A stretch of 64,000 nt of DNA from Desulfobacterales bacterium (GCA_007134875.1 SLJY01000109.1:6555-70554), one strand, 5' to 3'; positions 26,463 through 35,986 are shown, counted from the stretch's first letter. Made by a program: numbers and translations. Notes: generated from the sequence alone by a model not told the origin.

Positions 26463-28562
26463 ATGTTTAAAAACTTTATCGATGCAAGGTGGGACCGGGT
26501 TTTTCTGAGAAGCGACGTGCTCGTTTCCCTGGGGCTGGTGATCATCCTCCTGGTAATGATCATCCCCATGCCGCCGATTCTTCTCGACATGTTCCTGGCC
26601 CTCAACATCACCGTTGCCTTGACGATCCTCATCATCACCCTCTATGTCCACAAGTCCCTGGAGTTCGCAATTTTTCCGACGGTGCTGCTGCTGACGACGC
26701 TGTTCCGGCTGTCACTCAACGTGGCATCCACCCGGCTGATCCTTCTGCACGGGGATACCGGGGAGTTCGCCGCAGGCAAGGTGATCCAGTCTTTCGGGCA
26801 GTTCGTGGTCGGCGGAAACTACGTGGTGGGCATCGTGATCTTTCTCATCCTGGTGGTGATCAATTTCATTGTTATCACCAAGGGTGCCGGACGCGTGGCC
26901 GAGGTTTCCGCACGGTTTACCCTCGATGCCATGCCCGGTAAGCAGATGGCCATCGATGCGGATCTGAATGCGGGCCTTATCAACGAGGAGCTTGCCCGAA
27001 AACGCCGCGATGAGATTACCCGGGAAGCCGACTTTTTCGGCGCCATGGACGGTGCGAGCAAGTTTGTCCGGGGGGATGCCATCGCCGGTATCGTCATTAC
27101 CCTGATCAATATCATCGCGGGCCTGATCATCGGCGTCGTCCAGAAGGGAATGCCTTTTATGGACGCGGCCCACAACTATACGATCCTGACCATCGGCGAC
27201 GGACTGGTCAGCCAGATTCCCGCGCTCATCATCTCCACGGGCGCGGGCATTCTCGTCTCCAGAAGCGGCGGTATCGGGGATTTCGGCAGCCAGCTCCAAG
27301 CCCAGTTTTCCTTTCACGTCCGGGCCATATGGGTCGTGGGCGCCATCCTGGCCGGTTTCGCCCTGATACCGGGCCTGCCGTTTGTGCCGTTTATGACACT
27401 GTCGCTGCTCATGTTCACTTTAGCCTGGTTTATCCGGAAAACACGGACCGAGGAGGCGGAAAGTGCGGCGCTGGAAGCCGTGGAAGCTGAAAAAAAATCA
27501 GGGGAAGCGGAAGAGGAGAATTACGACGGCCTGCTGAGCCTCGACATGCTGGAACTGGAGGTTGGCTACGGACTGATCCGGTTTGTGGACGCATCCCAGG
27601 ACGGGGAACTGCTGGGCCATATCCGCTCCATACGCAAGCAGTTCGCGGTTTCCATGGGCTTTATCATGCCGCCGGTTCATATCAAGGACAACCTGCAGCT
27701 CAAGCCCAACGAATATCGGCTCATGCTCAAGGGGGTGAGCGTGGCGGTAGCCGAGATGCTACCCGGCAACTACATGGCCATGGATTCGGGCAATGTCACG
27801 GAGCGGGTCAAGGGGATCAACACCGTGGAGCCGGCTTTTGAGCTGCCGGCGATCTGGATTTCCGAGGACAAGAAGGAAAGGGCGCAGATGGCCGGGTACA
27901 CGGTGGTCGACTGCGCGACGGTCATGGCCACGCACATCAGCGAAGTGGTGAAAAAACACGCCCATGAACTTTTAGGGCGGCAGGAGGCACAGAACTTGCT
28001 TGATAATGTATCAAAGAATTACCCGAAGCTGGTCGAAGAACTGATCCCCAATATGATGAACCTCGGAGGCGTGTTGAAAGTGCTGCAGAACTTACTACGG
28101 GAAGGCGTTTCCATCCGGGATATGCGGACGATCCTTGAGACCCTGGCGGATGTGGCGCCCCAGGTGAAGGACCCCGAGCTGCTCACGGAATATGTCCGCC
28201 AGGCGCTCGCCCGCCAGATCAGCGCGGCATACGCCGGGGATACGGGCACATTGAATATTATTACGCTGGACCACTCGGTGGAGGAAACCATCCGGAATTC
28301 CATCTCAGCGGGCGGCGGCGGGGCGGGCGTGCCGGCCCTGGAGCCCGGAAAGGCCCGGTCGATCATCGAGGCGATCGGGGGCCAGGTCGAGAATTTCAAG
28401 GGGGCGACCAGCCCGGTGCTGCTGTGTTCGGCGTCGATCCGACTCCATGTCAAAAAGCTGACGGAACGGTATTTTCCAGGACTGGCGGTGATTTCCCACA
28501 ACGAGGTGGCGCCACAGGTCAAAATTCAATCCATGGGAACGGTGACTTTAGATGCAGGTTAA
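26463..28562 (+). CDS. flhA: flagellar export gate protein FlhA
   Basis: 699 aa with FPTVLLLTTLFRLSLNVASTRLIL and GDGLVSQIPALIISTGAGILVSR. Confidence 0.93.
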   Translation: MFKNFIDARWDRVFLRSDVLVSLGLVIILLVMIIPMPPILLDMFLALNITVALTILIITLYVHKSLEFAIFPTVLLLTTLFRLSLNVASTRLILLHGDTGEFAAGKVIQSFGQFVVGGNYVVGIVIFLILVVINFIVITKGAGRVAEVSARFTLDAMPGKQMAIDADLNAGLINEELARKRRDEITREADFFGAMDGASKFVRGDAIAGIVITLINIIAGLIIGVVQKGMPFMDAAHNYTILTIGDGLVSQIPALIISTGAGILVSRSGGIGDFGSQLQAQFSFHVRAIWVVGAILAGFALIPGLPFVPFMTLSLLMFTLAWFIRKTRTEEAESAALEAVEAEKKSGEAEEENYDGLLSLDMLELEVGYGLIRFVDASQDGELLGHIRSIRKQFAVSMGFIMPPVHIKDNLQLKPNEYRLMLKGVSVAVAEMLPGNYMAMDSGNVTERVKGINTVEPAFELPAIWISEDKKERAQMAGYTVVDCATVMATHISEVVKKHAHELLGRQEAQNLLDNVSKNYPKLVEELIPNMMNLGGVLKVLQNLLREGVSIRDMRTILETLADVAPQVKDPELLTEYVRQALARQISAAYAGDTGTLNIITLDHSVEETIRNSISAGGGGAGVPALEPGKARSIIEAIGGQVENFKGATSPVLLCSASIRLHVKKLTERYFPGLAVISHNEVAPQVKIQSMGTVTLDAG

Positions 28563-29994
28563 AATTTTCGAAGCAGACGATATGCGTTCCGCCCTGGAAA
28601 AAGTGAAAAAAGCGCTCGGGCCCCAGGCGCTGATCCTGTCGACCAGGAACGTGTTGAAGAAAAACCGTCTCGGCCTGCCTGGCAAGACCGTCATCGAGGT
28701 GACGGCTGCCGTGGACGGGGACCTGGAATCCGGGCCCGGGGGATCGGATACGTCGGGATCATCCTTTTACAACCGGAAAGGCGCTTTTGAGAAGGCCCTG
28801 GAAGATAAAGCCCCGGAGATGGCTGGGGACGCGGATGACGGCCCGGCCGATGCCCGGAAGTCCGAAACGGCTGAAACATCCCGCAGAACCCCCGGGCGGC
28901 GGTCCGCCGGCGGGTCCCGGACGCCCTCGGGGCCGGCGACACCTTCGGGGAAGCCCACGGAAAAGCCGCCGCAGGCGAATTCCCGGTTGTCGCACGAGGA
29001 GCGGCGACCGGACCTGGCCCGTGAAATCCGCGAAATGCGCGAGTCCTTTTCGGTGCTTTCGCGGCAGTTTTCCCAGGTGCGGGGCGAGTGGATGAAATAC
29101 TGGCTGGGGGCCTTTGCCGGAAACGGCGCCCCGGAAGCCGGTTTTCCGCAAGGCCAGGGTGATGTCCTGCTGCGCCTGCATCGGGCGGGCCTGGACGCAT
29201 CGATCTTGCAATCCTTCAGGGATGCAATGGCGGAAAATCCGGAACAGGATGCCTGCCCGGATCCGGAAACGCTCGTATCGCTTCTTGAATCGTTTATTGC
29301 AAAGTACATGAAGACGAATGATCCCCTGGTTCCGACGAAATGCGGCCGCCGGCGGATCGCCTTTGTCGGCCCGACCGGGGTCGGAAAAACCACCACGCTT
29401 GCCAAGGTGGCGGCTAATTTCATGCTCAACCATTCGGCGAACATCGCGCTTTTAACCATCGATAACTACCGGATCGCCGCCGCCGAGCAGCTCAAGGTCT
29501 ACGGCCGGATCATGAACGTCCCCGTGGAGGTCGCAAGAACGCCGGAGCAATTGCAAAAGATCCTTGCCGGCCACGAAGACAAGGATCTGGTACTGATCGA
29601 CACGGCCGGAAGAAGCCCCAGGGACGACATGAGCCGGCGGGAGCTGGCCGGATTCCTGGAGCCCCTGCCGGGGGTGGAAAATCACCTGGTCCTGTCGGCG
29701 GCCACCCGCCAGGAAGACTTGTTTTCGGCCGTCGGCCGATTCGGTGAAATGGCCCTGCATGGAATCGTTTTTACCAAGACGGATGAGTGCGACACCTACG
29801 GGCAGATCATCAATGTCGGCCTTGCGGCCGGCTATCCGCTGTCCATGCTCACCAACGGGCAGCGCGTCCCGGAAGACTACCTGCCGCCCGATCCCAGTCG
29901 GCTTGCGGAACTGATCCTTACGAACAACGAGGTGCCGGAACAATGGAATTCGACGGAAGAGAAAGAGACCAGGCGGGAACGCTTCGTTCACTGA
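28552..29994 (+). CDS. flhF: flagellar placement SRP-type GTPase FlhF
   Basis: 480 aa with FVGPTGVGKTTTLAKVAA, LIDTAGRS and TKTDE. Has a long Pro/Gly/Ser-rich linker after the N-terminal B domain. Confidence 0.9.
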   Translation: MQVKIFEADDMRSALEKVKKALGPQALILSTRNVLKKNRLGLPGKTVIEVTAAVDGDLESGPGGSDTSGSSFYNRKGAFEKALEDKAPEMAGDADDGPADARKSETAETSRRTPGRRSAGGSRTPSGPATPSGKPTEKPPQANSRLSHEERRPDLAREIREMRESFSVLSRQFSQVRGEWMKYWLGAFAGNGAPEAGFPQGQGDVLLRLHRAGLDASILQSFRDAMAENPEQDACPDPETLVSLLESFIAKYMKTNDPLVPTKCGRRRIAFVGPTGVGKTTTLAKVAANFMLNHSANIALLTIDNYRIAAAEQLKVYGRIMNVPVEVARTPEQLQKILAGHEDKDLVLIDTAGRSPRDDMSRRELAGFLEPLPGVENHLVLSAATRQEDLFSAVGRFGEMALHGIVFTKTDECDTYGQIINVGLAAGYPLSMLTNGQRVPEDYLPPDPSRLAELILTNNEVPEQWNSTEEKETRRERFVH

Positions 29995-30881
29995 GCCGGG
30001 AGATGGATTCCGGCCCCGCTGGAGGTCCGGCTGCCGGTCCAGCTGCGGGGCCGGGCGTCAAGCCCCTCAAGGCCGCGCGCGTTTTGTCCATTACCAGCGG
30101 CAAGGGCGGGGTCGGCAAGACCGTGTGCGCCGCCAACCTGGCCCTGGTGCTGGCCCGGCGCGGCTACCGGGTTCTGGTGATCGATGCGGATCTGGGGCTT
30201 GCCAATATCGATCTGTATTTCGGCCTTTCGCCACAATACAACCTGAACCATTTTTTCTCGGGCGAAAAAAAACTCGACGAAATATCCATCGCCACGGACG
30301 AAGGGATCGTCGTTTTGCCAGCGGGTTCGGGCATCCAGAAATACACGCGCCTCGATTCCACCCAGAAGCTGGTTTTCATGGAAGGGCTGGAGACCCTTCA
30401 CGACCGCTTCGACGTGGTGCTGATCGACACCGAAGCGGGAATATCGGAAAACGTCACCTATTTCAACGTGGCCGCCCAGGACATCATCGTGGTCACCACG
30501 CCCGAGCCAACGGCGATTTCCGATGCCTATGCGCTCATGAAGCTGCTTTCCACAAGGTTTTACGAGAAGCGTTTCAAACTGATCGTCAACTCGGTAAGCT
30601 CCGAAAACGAGGCGCTCGACGTCTATCAAAAACTGACCATGGTCAGCAGCCGGTTTATCGACATATCCATCGATTTTCTCGGGTCGGTTCCCCTGGATAA
30701 GCGGTTTACCGAATCGGTCCGGAAGCAAAGGACGCTGGTGGAGATTTACCCGAAGTCGAAAGCCAGCCAGGCCTTCACGGATCTCATGGAAAACCTTGCG
30801 CTCGATACCGAGTGTCTTGCGCCCAAGGGTTCGCAGCAGTTTTTCTGGAACAGGCTGCTGTCGATAGCAGAAAACAGTTGA
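29943..30881 (+). CDS. flhG: MinD/ParA-type ATPase FlhG (FleN)
   Basis: ORF 29787..30881. ATG 29943 is chosen because it retains the N-terminal DQAGTLR (DQAxxLR FlhF-activating motif). Deviant Walker A is ITSGKGGVGKT. ATG 30003 is an alternative start. Confidence 0.85.
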   Translation: MEFDGRERDQAGTLRSLSREMDSGPAGGPAAGPAAGPGVKPLKAARVLSITSGKGGVGKTVCAANLALVLARRGYRVLVIDADLGLANIDLYFGLSPQYNLNHFFSGEKKLDEISIATDEGIVVLPAGSGIQKYTRLDSTQKLVFMEGLETLHDRFDVVLIDTEAGISENVTYFNVAAQDIIVVTTPEPTAISDAYALMKLLSTRFYEKRFKLIVNSVSSENEALDVYQKLTMVSSRFIDISIDFLGSVPLDKRFTESVRKQRTLVEIYPKSKASQAFTDLMENLALDTECLAPKGSQQFFWNRLLSIAENS

Positions 30882-30897
30882 GGGGGAGGGGATCACT

Positions 30898-31617
30898 ATG
30901 TACCAGCAGACAACCGCATACGACCGGCGTGACGGGCTGATTGAAGATCATTTGCATTTCGTGGAGTTCGTGGTTCACCGTATGCGCCCACAAATTCCGG
31001 GTTTCGTGTCCCTGGATGAACTGAAGAGCGCGGCCATGCAGGGTCTTATGGAAGCGGCCGGCCGATTCGATCCGGACAAGGGAGTTTTATTCAAGACCTT
31101 TGCCGAAACTCGAATCCGGGGGGCCGTTCTGGACGAGATCCGGAAGATGGACTGGTTTTCCCGGTCCATGCGGGAGAAGCACAGCCGGGTACACTCGGAG
31201 ATCAAGCGGCTGGAGCAGAAGCTCGGCCGGGATCCGTGCGAAGAGGAAATCGCCCAGTCCCTGGAGATGAGCCTGGAACAATACCAGGGCCTGCTTTCCG
31301 AGATCGGGCATCTGGGCATCGTGAGCCTTCACGAGGTCATGGACGCGGTCTCGGGGGGTGCGTCCTTTATGGATCAGCTTCGGGATGCCCGGGGCGTCTC
31401 GCCGGAAGACGAGCTGGACAAGAAGGAACTGGTCCGCGAAATAGCCGATGCCATCGAGTGCCTGTCCGAAAAGGAGCGGCTCGTGGTGAGCCTGTTCTAC
31501 TACGAAGAGTTCACCCAGAAGGAGATCGCATCGGTTCTGGTGCTCTCCGAGGGCCGGATCTCGCAGCTTCACAGCCAGGCCCTGCTGAAGCTCAAGGCCT
31601 ACATGCGGGAGAACTGA
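30898..31617 (+). CDS. fliA: flagellar sigma factor FliA (sigma-28)
   Basis: 239 aa, sigma-70 family regions 2-4. Region 4 HTH: YYEEFTQKEIASVLVLSEGRISQLHSQALLKLK. Confidence 0.9.
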   Translation: MYQQTTAYDRRDGLIEDHLHFVEFVVHRMRPQIPGFVSLDELKSAAMQGLMEAAGRFDPDKGVLFKTFAETRIRGAVLDEIRKMDWFSRSMREKHSRVHSEIKRLEQKLGRDPCEEEIAQSLEMSLEQYQGLLSEIGHLGIVSLHEVMDAVSGGASFMDQLRDARGVSPEDELDKKELVREIADAIECLSEKERLVVSLFYYEEFTQKEIASVLVLSEGRISQLHSQALLKLKAYMREN

Positions 31618-31618
31618 T

Positions 31619-32056
31619 ATGAGTCAGGCCGGGGTCCTGTTCGTTCTTATATTTTTCATTCTGGTAAGCCTGTTTCTCTCTGTCCTGTGCCTCGTGCTCC
31701 ATTTGCGCCTGAGACGCGATGTCAGGGCGCTTTATAAGCAACAGGAGAATCTTGCCGGGCAGGCTTGCGCATCGGAACCCCCCCCCGCCGATGCGCGAAG
31801 TGTTTTGTCCCGGCCCCCGGCCGCATCTTCCCGGATATCATACCAACCCCCGTCCATGAATGAAAGCGAGTTCAAAAGCCGCCTTGCCGATGCATCCGAT
31901 CTCGAGTCGGATATCTCCGAAAAATACCGTTACATCGCCGACCTGGAGCGCTCCGGCTTAGGCACCACCGAAATCGCCGATATACTGGACGTTTCCCAAA
32001 ACGAAGCCCGCCAGATGCTCGCCCTCTCCCGCACCCAAAACACGGGACGTCCTTAA
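31619..32056 (+). CDS. small membrane protein with C-terminal HTH-like segment (DUF2802-like flagellar-cluster protein)
   Basis: 145 aa with N-terminal TM and C-terminal EKYRYIADLERSGLGTTEIADILDVSQNEARQMLALSR. The last 4 codons and the stop lie inside REP copy R1. Confidence 0.55.
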   Translation: MSQAGVLFVLIFFILVSLFLSVLCLVLHLRLRRDVRALYKQQENLAGQACASEPPPADARSVLSRPPAASSRISYQPPSMNESEFKSRLADASDLESDISEKYRYIADLERSGLGTTEIADILDVSQNEARQMLALSRTQNTGRP

Positions 32057-32070
32057 CTTATTAACTTATT
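32044..32070 (+). repeat. REP copy R1 (GGGACGTCCTTAACTTATTAACTTATT)
   Basis: Direct repeat of R2 and inverted relative to R3/R4. Supplies the stop codon of ORF 31619..32056. Confidence 0.85.
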
Positions 32071-32290
32071 TAACGTCCGAGTGAAAAACACGATCATCCA
32101 CCATGTAAGTCGCAAATTTTTCCTTTCATTCACCCTTCTGTAGCCATTTTCGTACGCATAAAACTCTTTTTTATGTTATAAAAACTTTTATTTTATAAAA
32201 TTCATTCTAATAATATATAAATTTTTTTATTATTATTATATTGAATAATGTATCGTCTGGTTAATAATGATACGAAATTAGGGAAAGTTA

Positions 32291-32318
32291 GGGGACGTCC
32301 TTAACTTATTAACTTATT
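32291..32318 (+). repeat. REP copy R2
   Basis: GGGGACGTCCTTAACTTATTAACTTATT, immediately upstream of the RAYT gene. Confidence 0.85.
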
Positions 32319-32326
32319 GTACAACA

Positions 32327-33358
32327 ATGTATGGATGGAACACTATGCCAAGACAAGCCCGCCTGGATGCTCCCGGTGCCCTTCACCATATTATGGCAAG
32401 AGGCATAGACGGCGCCCTGATCTTTAAGGATGATAATGACCGGCATTTCTTTTTGAAGCGATTGGGCATAATTTTGGATGAAACCAGTACAGCTTGCTAT
32501 GCATGGGCGCTTCTGCCCAACCATTTTCACTTGCTGATGCGAACCGGTGCTGTTCAAATGGCCACGGTCATGAGACGACTGATGACCGGACATGCCATCA
32601 GCTTCAATAAAAGGCACGATCGCCGCGGTCATTTGTTTCAAAATCGGTATAAATCCATTTTATGCCAGGAAGATACGTATTTTCTTGAACTTGTCCGATA
32701 CATCCACCTGAATCCGTTAAGGGCCAATCTCGTGAATTCCATGGAACAACTCGATACATATCGGTTTACTGGTCACGGGGTTCTCATGGGCAGGTATCAG
32801 TACGACTGGCAATCTATCGATCCGGTGTTATCCGTGTTTGGAGAAGATGCGACCGCGGCCCGGGTGAAATACAGAGAGTTTATAGCAAAAGGAGTGGGTC
32901 AGGGCAGGAGGGATGATCTCACTGGTGGCGGGCTGGTCCGCAGTTCAGGTGGTTGGTTGGCGGTACATCAAATGCGTATGGCAGGGATATATTCCAAAAG
33001 CGATGAACGTATACTGGGAGACAGTGATTTTGTAAATCGCGTGCTCTCGGAGGCGGACGAATCATTTGAAAGGAGATACCATTTTAAAACACGGGGAATT
33101 GATGTCGATTATATTGCTGCAAGGGTGGCTTCGTTGCTGGGCGTCAGGGAAGATGAGGTGTGGGGTGGCGGGAGGAAAAGGAAGGCGGTAATCGCCCGGA
33201 GCCTTATTTGTTACCTTGCGGTTAGGGAATTGAAATCGACCATGGCCTCTTTGGCTCGCCGTTTCAATATATCTTTAGTGGCGGTTAGTAAATCGGTTGA
33301 GCGGGGTGCCAGGATCATTGAAAAGGAAAAATACGATGTCAAAAAGTTAATAAGTTAA
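32327..33358 (+). CDS. REP-associated tyrosine transposase-like protein (IS200/IS605 Y1/HUH fold) with C-terminal DnaA-C-like HTH
   Basis: HUH motif LPNHFHLLM and Tyr context GHLFQNRYKS. C-terminal VIARSLICYLAVRELKSTMASLARRFNISLVAVSKSVERG. The likely true start is ATG 32345 (MPRQARLD). Confidence 0.8.
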   Translation: MYGWNTMPRQARLDAPGALHHIMARGIDGALIFKDDNDRHFFLKRLGIILDETSTACYAWALLPNHFHLLMRTGAVQMATVMRRLMTGHAISFNKRHDRRGHLFQNRYKSILCQEDTYFLELVRYIHLNPLRANLVNSMEQLDTYRFTGHGVLMGRYQYDWQSIDPVLSVFGEDATAARVKYREFIAKGVGQGRRDDLTGGGLVRSSGGWLAVHQMRMAGIYSKSDERILGDSDFVNRVLSEADESFERRYHFKTRGIDVDYIAARVASLLGVREDEVWGGGRKRKAVIARSLICYLAVRELKSTMASLARRFNISLVAVSKSVERGARIIEKEKYDVKKLIS

Positions 33359-33368
33359 GGACGTCCCC
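33344..33368 (-). repeat. REP copy R3
   Basis: AAGTTAATAAGTTAAGGACGTCCCC. Overlaps the last codons and the stop of the RAYT gene. Confidence 0.85.
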
Positions 33369-33378
33369 TAATTTTGGT

Positions 33379-33405
33379 TTAAGTATGGCGGGGGGTGGTC
33401 GATAA
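33379..33405 (+). promoter_or_regulatory. candidate sigma-28 promoter for flgFGAHIJ
   Basis: TTAA-N15-GTCGATAA versus TAAA-N15-GCCGATAA (the -10 matches 7 of 8). Lies 44 nt upstream of ATG 33450 and 11 nt downstream of REP R3. Confidence 0.4.
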
Positions 33406-33449
33406 GAGATACAGTGAAGGCAAAAAAGAAACGGCATGGAGACGATGAC

Positions 33450-34175
33450 ATGAGTTCTGGAATATACAGTGCGCTGACCGGGGCGGTAGCCAAAATGCAG
33501 AACCTGGACCTGGCCGTGAACAACCTGGCCAACGTGGGAAATGTCGGCTTCAAGGGAAGCCGGGTATCGTTTGAATCGATCTATGACGAGCGGATTCAGA
33601 ACACACACGGGCTGGGTAAAAATTTCGCCCGGACCGCCGGACGGTTTGTGGATTTTTCCCAAGGGGACATCGAACGAAGTGGACGGCCCCTGGATATGGC
33701 CATCAAGGGCGATGGGTTTTTCAAGGTGGCGAGCGAAGACGGCTTTTTCTACACCCGCAAGGGCGACTTCCGGATTGATGAGAACGGCAGCCTGGTAACC
33801 GGCACGGAAGGGCTTCAGGTGGTGGGCGAGGAAGGTCCCGTTTTCGTCCCCCATTCGGATATCCATATCGACAAGCGCGGCAACATCACGGCCGACGGCG
33901 AGCCGGTGGGACGCCTGACCATTTACGACATTGAAGACAGGGATGCCCTGCGCCAGCAGGAAAACGGCCTGTGGGGCGCCGCGCAGGATAATGCAGACCG
34001 TCCTTCCGAAGATTCGGAGGTGATCCAGGGGTCTCTTGAGCAGGCCAACGTCAGCGCCCTGCGGCTGACGACCGAGATTATCGAAATCAATCGGTCCTAT
34101 GCGGCTTACATGCAGACCATGAAGATCTACTCCGAGCTGGCGGAAAAAGCCAGGTCCATCGGGGAGATCGGGTAG
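33450..34175 (+). CDS. flgF: flagellar basal-body rod protein FlgF
   Basis: ORF 33414..34175, with the start moved to ATG 33450 (MSSGIYSALTGAVAKMQNLDLAVNNLANVGNVGFKG). C-terminal rod motif present. Confidence 0.88.
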   Translation: MSSGIYSALTGAVAKMQNLDLAVNNLANVGNVGFKGSRVSFESIYDERIQNTHGLGKNFARTAGRFVDFSQGDIERSGRPLDMAIKGDGFFKVASEDGFFYTRKGDFRIDENGSLVTGTEGLQVVGEEGPVFVPHSDIHIDKRGNITADGEPVGRLTIYDIEDRDALRQQENGLWGAAQDNADRPSEDSEVIQGSLEQANVSALRLTTEIIEINRSYAAYMQTMKIYSELAEKARSIGEIG

Positions 34176-34220
34176 AACCACCGGAACACGAAAAACAAAA
34201 CACCAGTTGGGGAGCAAACC

Positions 34221-35006
34221 ATGATTACGGCATTATTTTCGGCGGCAACGGGTATGGAGGCCCAGGAAACACGGGTTAACGTGATCGCAAACAACCTGGC
34301 CAACGTGAACACTACAGGCTTTAAGCGAAGCCGCGCCAACTTCCAGGATCTCATGTATCAAAACGCGCGCGCGGTCGGTTCGGCCGCCGGCGACGACACC
34401 GAGGTCCCCACCGGCATCCAGATCGGGCTCGGCACGCGAACCGCCTCTGTCGACAAAATCTATACCGCCGGGGATATGGAAAAAACCGGGAGTGATTTCG
34501 ATCTTGCCATCGAGGGGGACGGGTTTTTTCAGATCGAGCTTCCCAGCGGCGAGACAGCCTACACCCGGGACGGCAGCTTCAAGAAGGACAGCCAGGGCCG
34601 ACTGGTCACCGCCGACGGCAATCCCATGGAACCCCAGATTACAATCCCCGAAAATGCAACCAAGATTGCCATCGGGCAAAACGGCACCGTCACGGCATAC
34701 ATCGACAATGAAGCCGAGGGCGTCGAGGTTGGAACCATTGAACTGGCGCGCTTCGGCAATCCTTCGGGCCTGCAATCCATGGGCGGCAACCTTCAGCGGG
34801 AATCCGCATCCTCCGGGCAGCCGATTCTGGGAACGCCCGCGAGTGACGGCTTTGGCGGGATCGCCCAGGGATTTCTGGAAAACTCCAACGTATCCATCAT
34901 GCAGGAGATGATCAACCTCATTGCCGGTCAGCGGGCCTACGAAGTGAATTCCAAGGCCATCCGCGCCGCCGATGAAATGCTCCAGCAAACCAATCAGCTG
35001 GTATAA
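34221..35006 (+). CDS. flgG: flagellar distal rod protein FlgG
   Basis: 261 aa with NNLANVNTTGFKRSRANFQDLMYQ and C-terminal AGQRAYEVNSKAIRAADEMLQQTNQL. Confidence 0.93.
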   Translation: MITALFSAATGMEAQETRVNVIANNLANVNTTGFKRSRANFQDLMYQNARAVGSAAGDDTEVPTGIQIGLGTRTASVDKIYTAGDMEKTGSDFDLAIEGDGFFQIELPSGETAYTRDGSFKKDSQGRLVTADGNPMEPQITIPENATKIAIGQNGTVTAYIDNEAEGVEVGTIELARFGNPSGLQSMGGNLQRESASSGQPILGTPASDGFGGIAQGFLENSNVSIMQEMINLIAGQRAYEVNSKAIRAADEMLQQTNQLV

Positions 35007-35021
35007 TGAGGTTGTGAAAAA

Positions 35022-35984
35022 ATGAAGCCAATCCTTTTGTCCATCTTCGCCATCGGCTGTGTTGTTTTGCTTGCAACCCAGGCTCTCGGCGTGGAGATTA
35101 CTTTCCGGGAGAATGCGGAGATCCGATCGCCAATGCTTAGGATCGGCGATATCGCGGACATCTCCCCGGCGGAAAAAGCCCGGGATCTGGCTGAACTGGC
35201 GCTCTTTTCGGCGCCGCATCATACCGATAAGCGATGCTACCGGAGCGCGACACTCCGGGCCTACGTGCGCGACGCAGTGCGCGCAAACTCGGATCAGGAA
35301 AACATCTCCTTTGGCGGGGCCGACGCCGTGTGCATACGGCACGGCGCCATGGTCGTCGAGGACAACGAAATCGTTGGCATCATCAACGATCACCTTGAGT
35401 CGGCCATCGGCCACATGGGAGCGCAAAAACTCCGCTTCGTGCCGCGCAACACGCCGGAGACCCTCAGCCTTCCGGAGGGGGACATGGATTTCGAGGTCCT
35501 TTTCCCCAACCCCGATGTGCTTTCCAGCCGCCAGGCCACCCTCATCGTCCGGGTCGACGGGCGGGTCCGGCACAATATTTCCGTCCCCGGGGAGATCCAG
35601 GCCTTTGTGCCCGTGGTGGTAACTGCGGACAACCTGGGGCGCGGGGACGTGATCGGCGCCGGGGACGTCCGGATTGAACTTAAAAACTTAAACGGCCTCA
35701 AAAACCCCCTAACGGACAAGCAGGATGCCATCGGTATGAAGCTACGGCGCCCCCTTTCCGTAAACCGCGTGATCAGTGAAAACGACCTGGACCTGCCCGT
35801 GCTTGTGGAAAGACGGCAGATGATCACCCTGGTCGCCAACCGGGGCGCTCTGGAAATAAGCACCAAGGGGCAGGCCATGGCTTCGGGCCGCAGGGGCGAC
35901 ATCGTCATGATCAAAAACCTCCGGTCCGACCGTGAAGTTCCGGGACGGGTCATCGGGCCTGGATTGGCAAAAGTGGAGTTTTAA
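35022..35984 (+). CDS. flgA: flagellar P-ring assembly chaperone FlgA
   Basis: 320 aa with a signal peptide and a C-terminal SAF/FlgA-type segment (GDVIGAGDV...GRRGDIVMIKNLRSDREVPGRVIGPG). Lies between flgG and flgH. Confidence 0.8.
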   Translation: MKPILLSIFAIGCVVLLATQALGVEITFRENAEIRSPMLRIGDIADISPAEKARDLAELALFSAPHHTDKRCYRSATLRAYVRDAVRANSDQENISFGGADAVCIRHGAMVVEDNEIVGIINDHLESAIGHMGAQKLRFVPRNTPETLSLPEGDMDFEVLFPNPDVLSSRQATLIVRVDGRVRHNISVPGEIQAFVPVVVTADNLGRGDVIGAGDVRIELKNLNGLKNPLTDKQDAIGMKLRRPLSVNRVISENDLDLPVLVERRQMITLVANRGALEISTKGQAMASGRRGDIVMIKNLRSDREVPGRVIGPGLAKVEF

Positions 35985-35986
35985 TT

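Larger units (their letters stand above)
32291..33368 (+). mobile_element. RAYT unit: tyrosine transposase gene bracketed by inverted 25-nt REP sequences
   Basis: R2 (32291-32318) and R3 (33344-33368) are inverted repeats bracketing ORF 32327..33358. The unit separates the fliA operon from flgF. Confidence 0.8.

Noticed and set aside
29943-29994. The 52-nt flhF/flhG overlap as evidence of a frameshift or mis-assembly.
   Set aside because: The upstream start is needed to keep the conserved N-terminal DQAxxLR motif of FlhG, and both frames are intact. An alternative non-overlapping start (30003) exists, but it would delete that motif.
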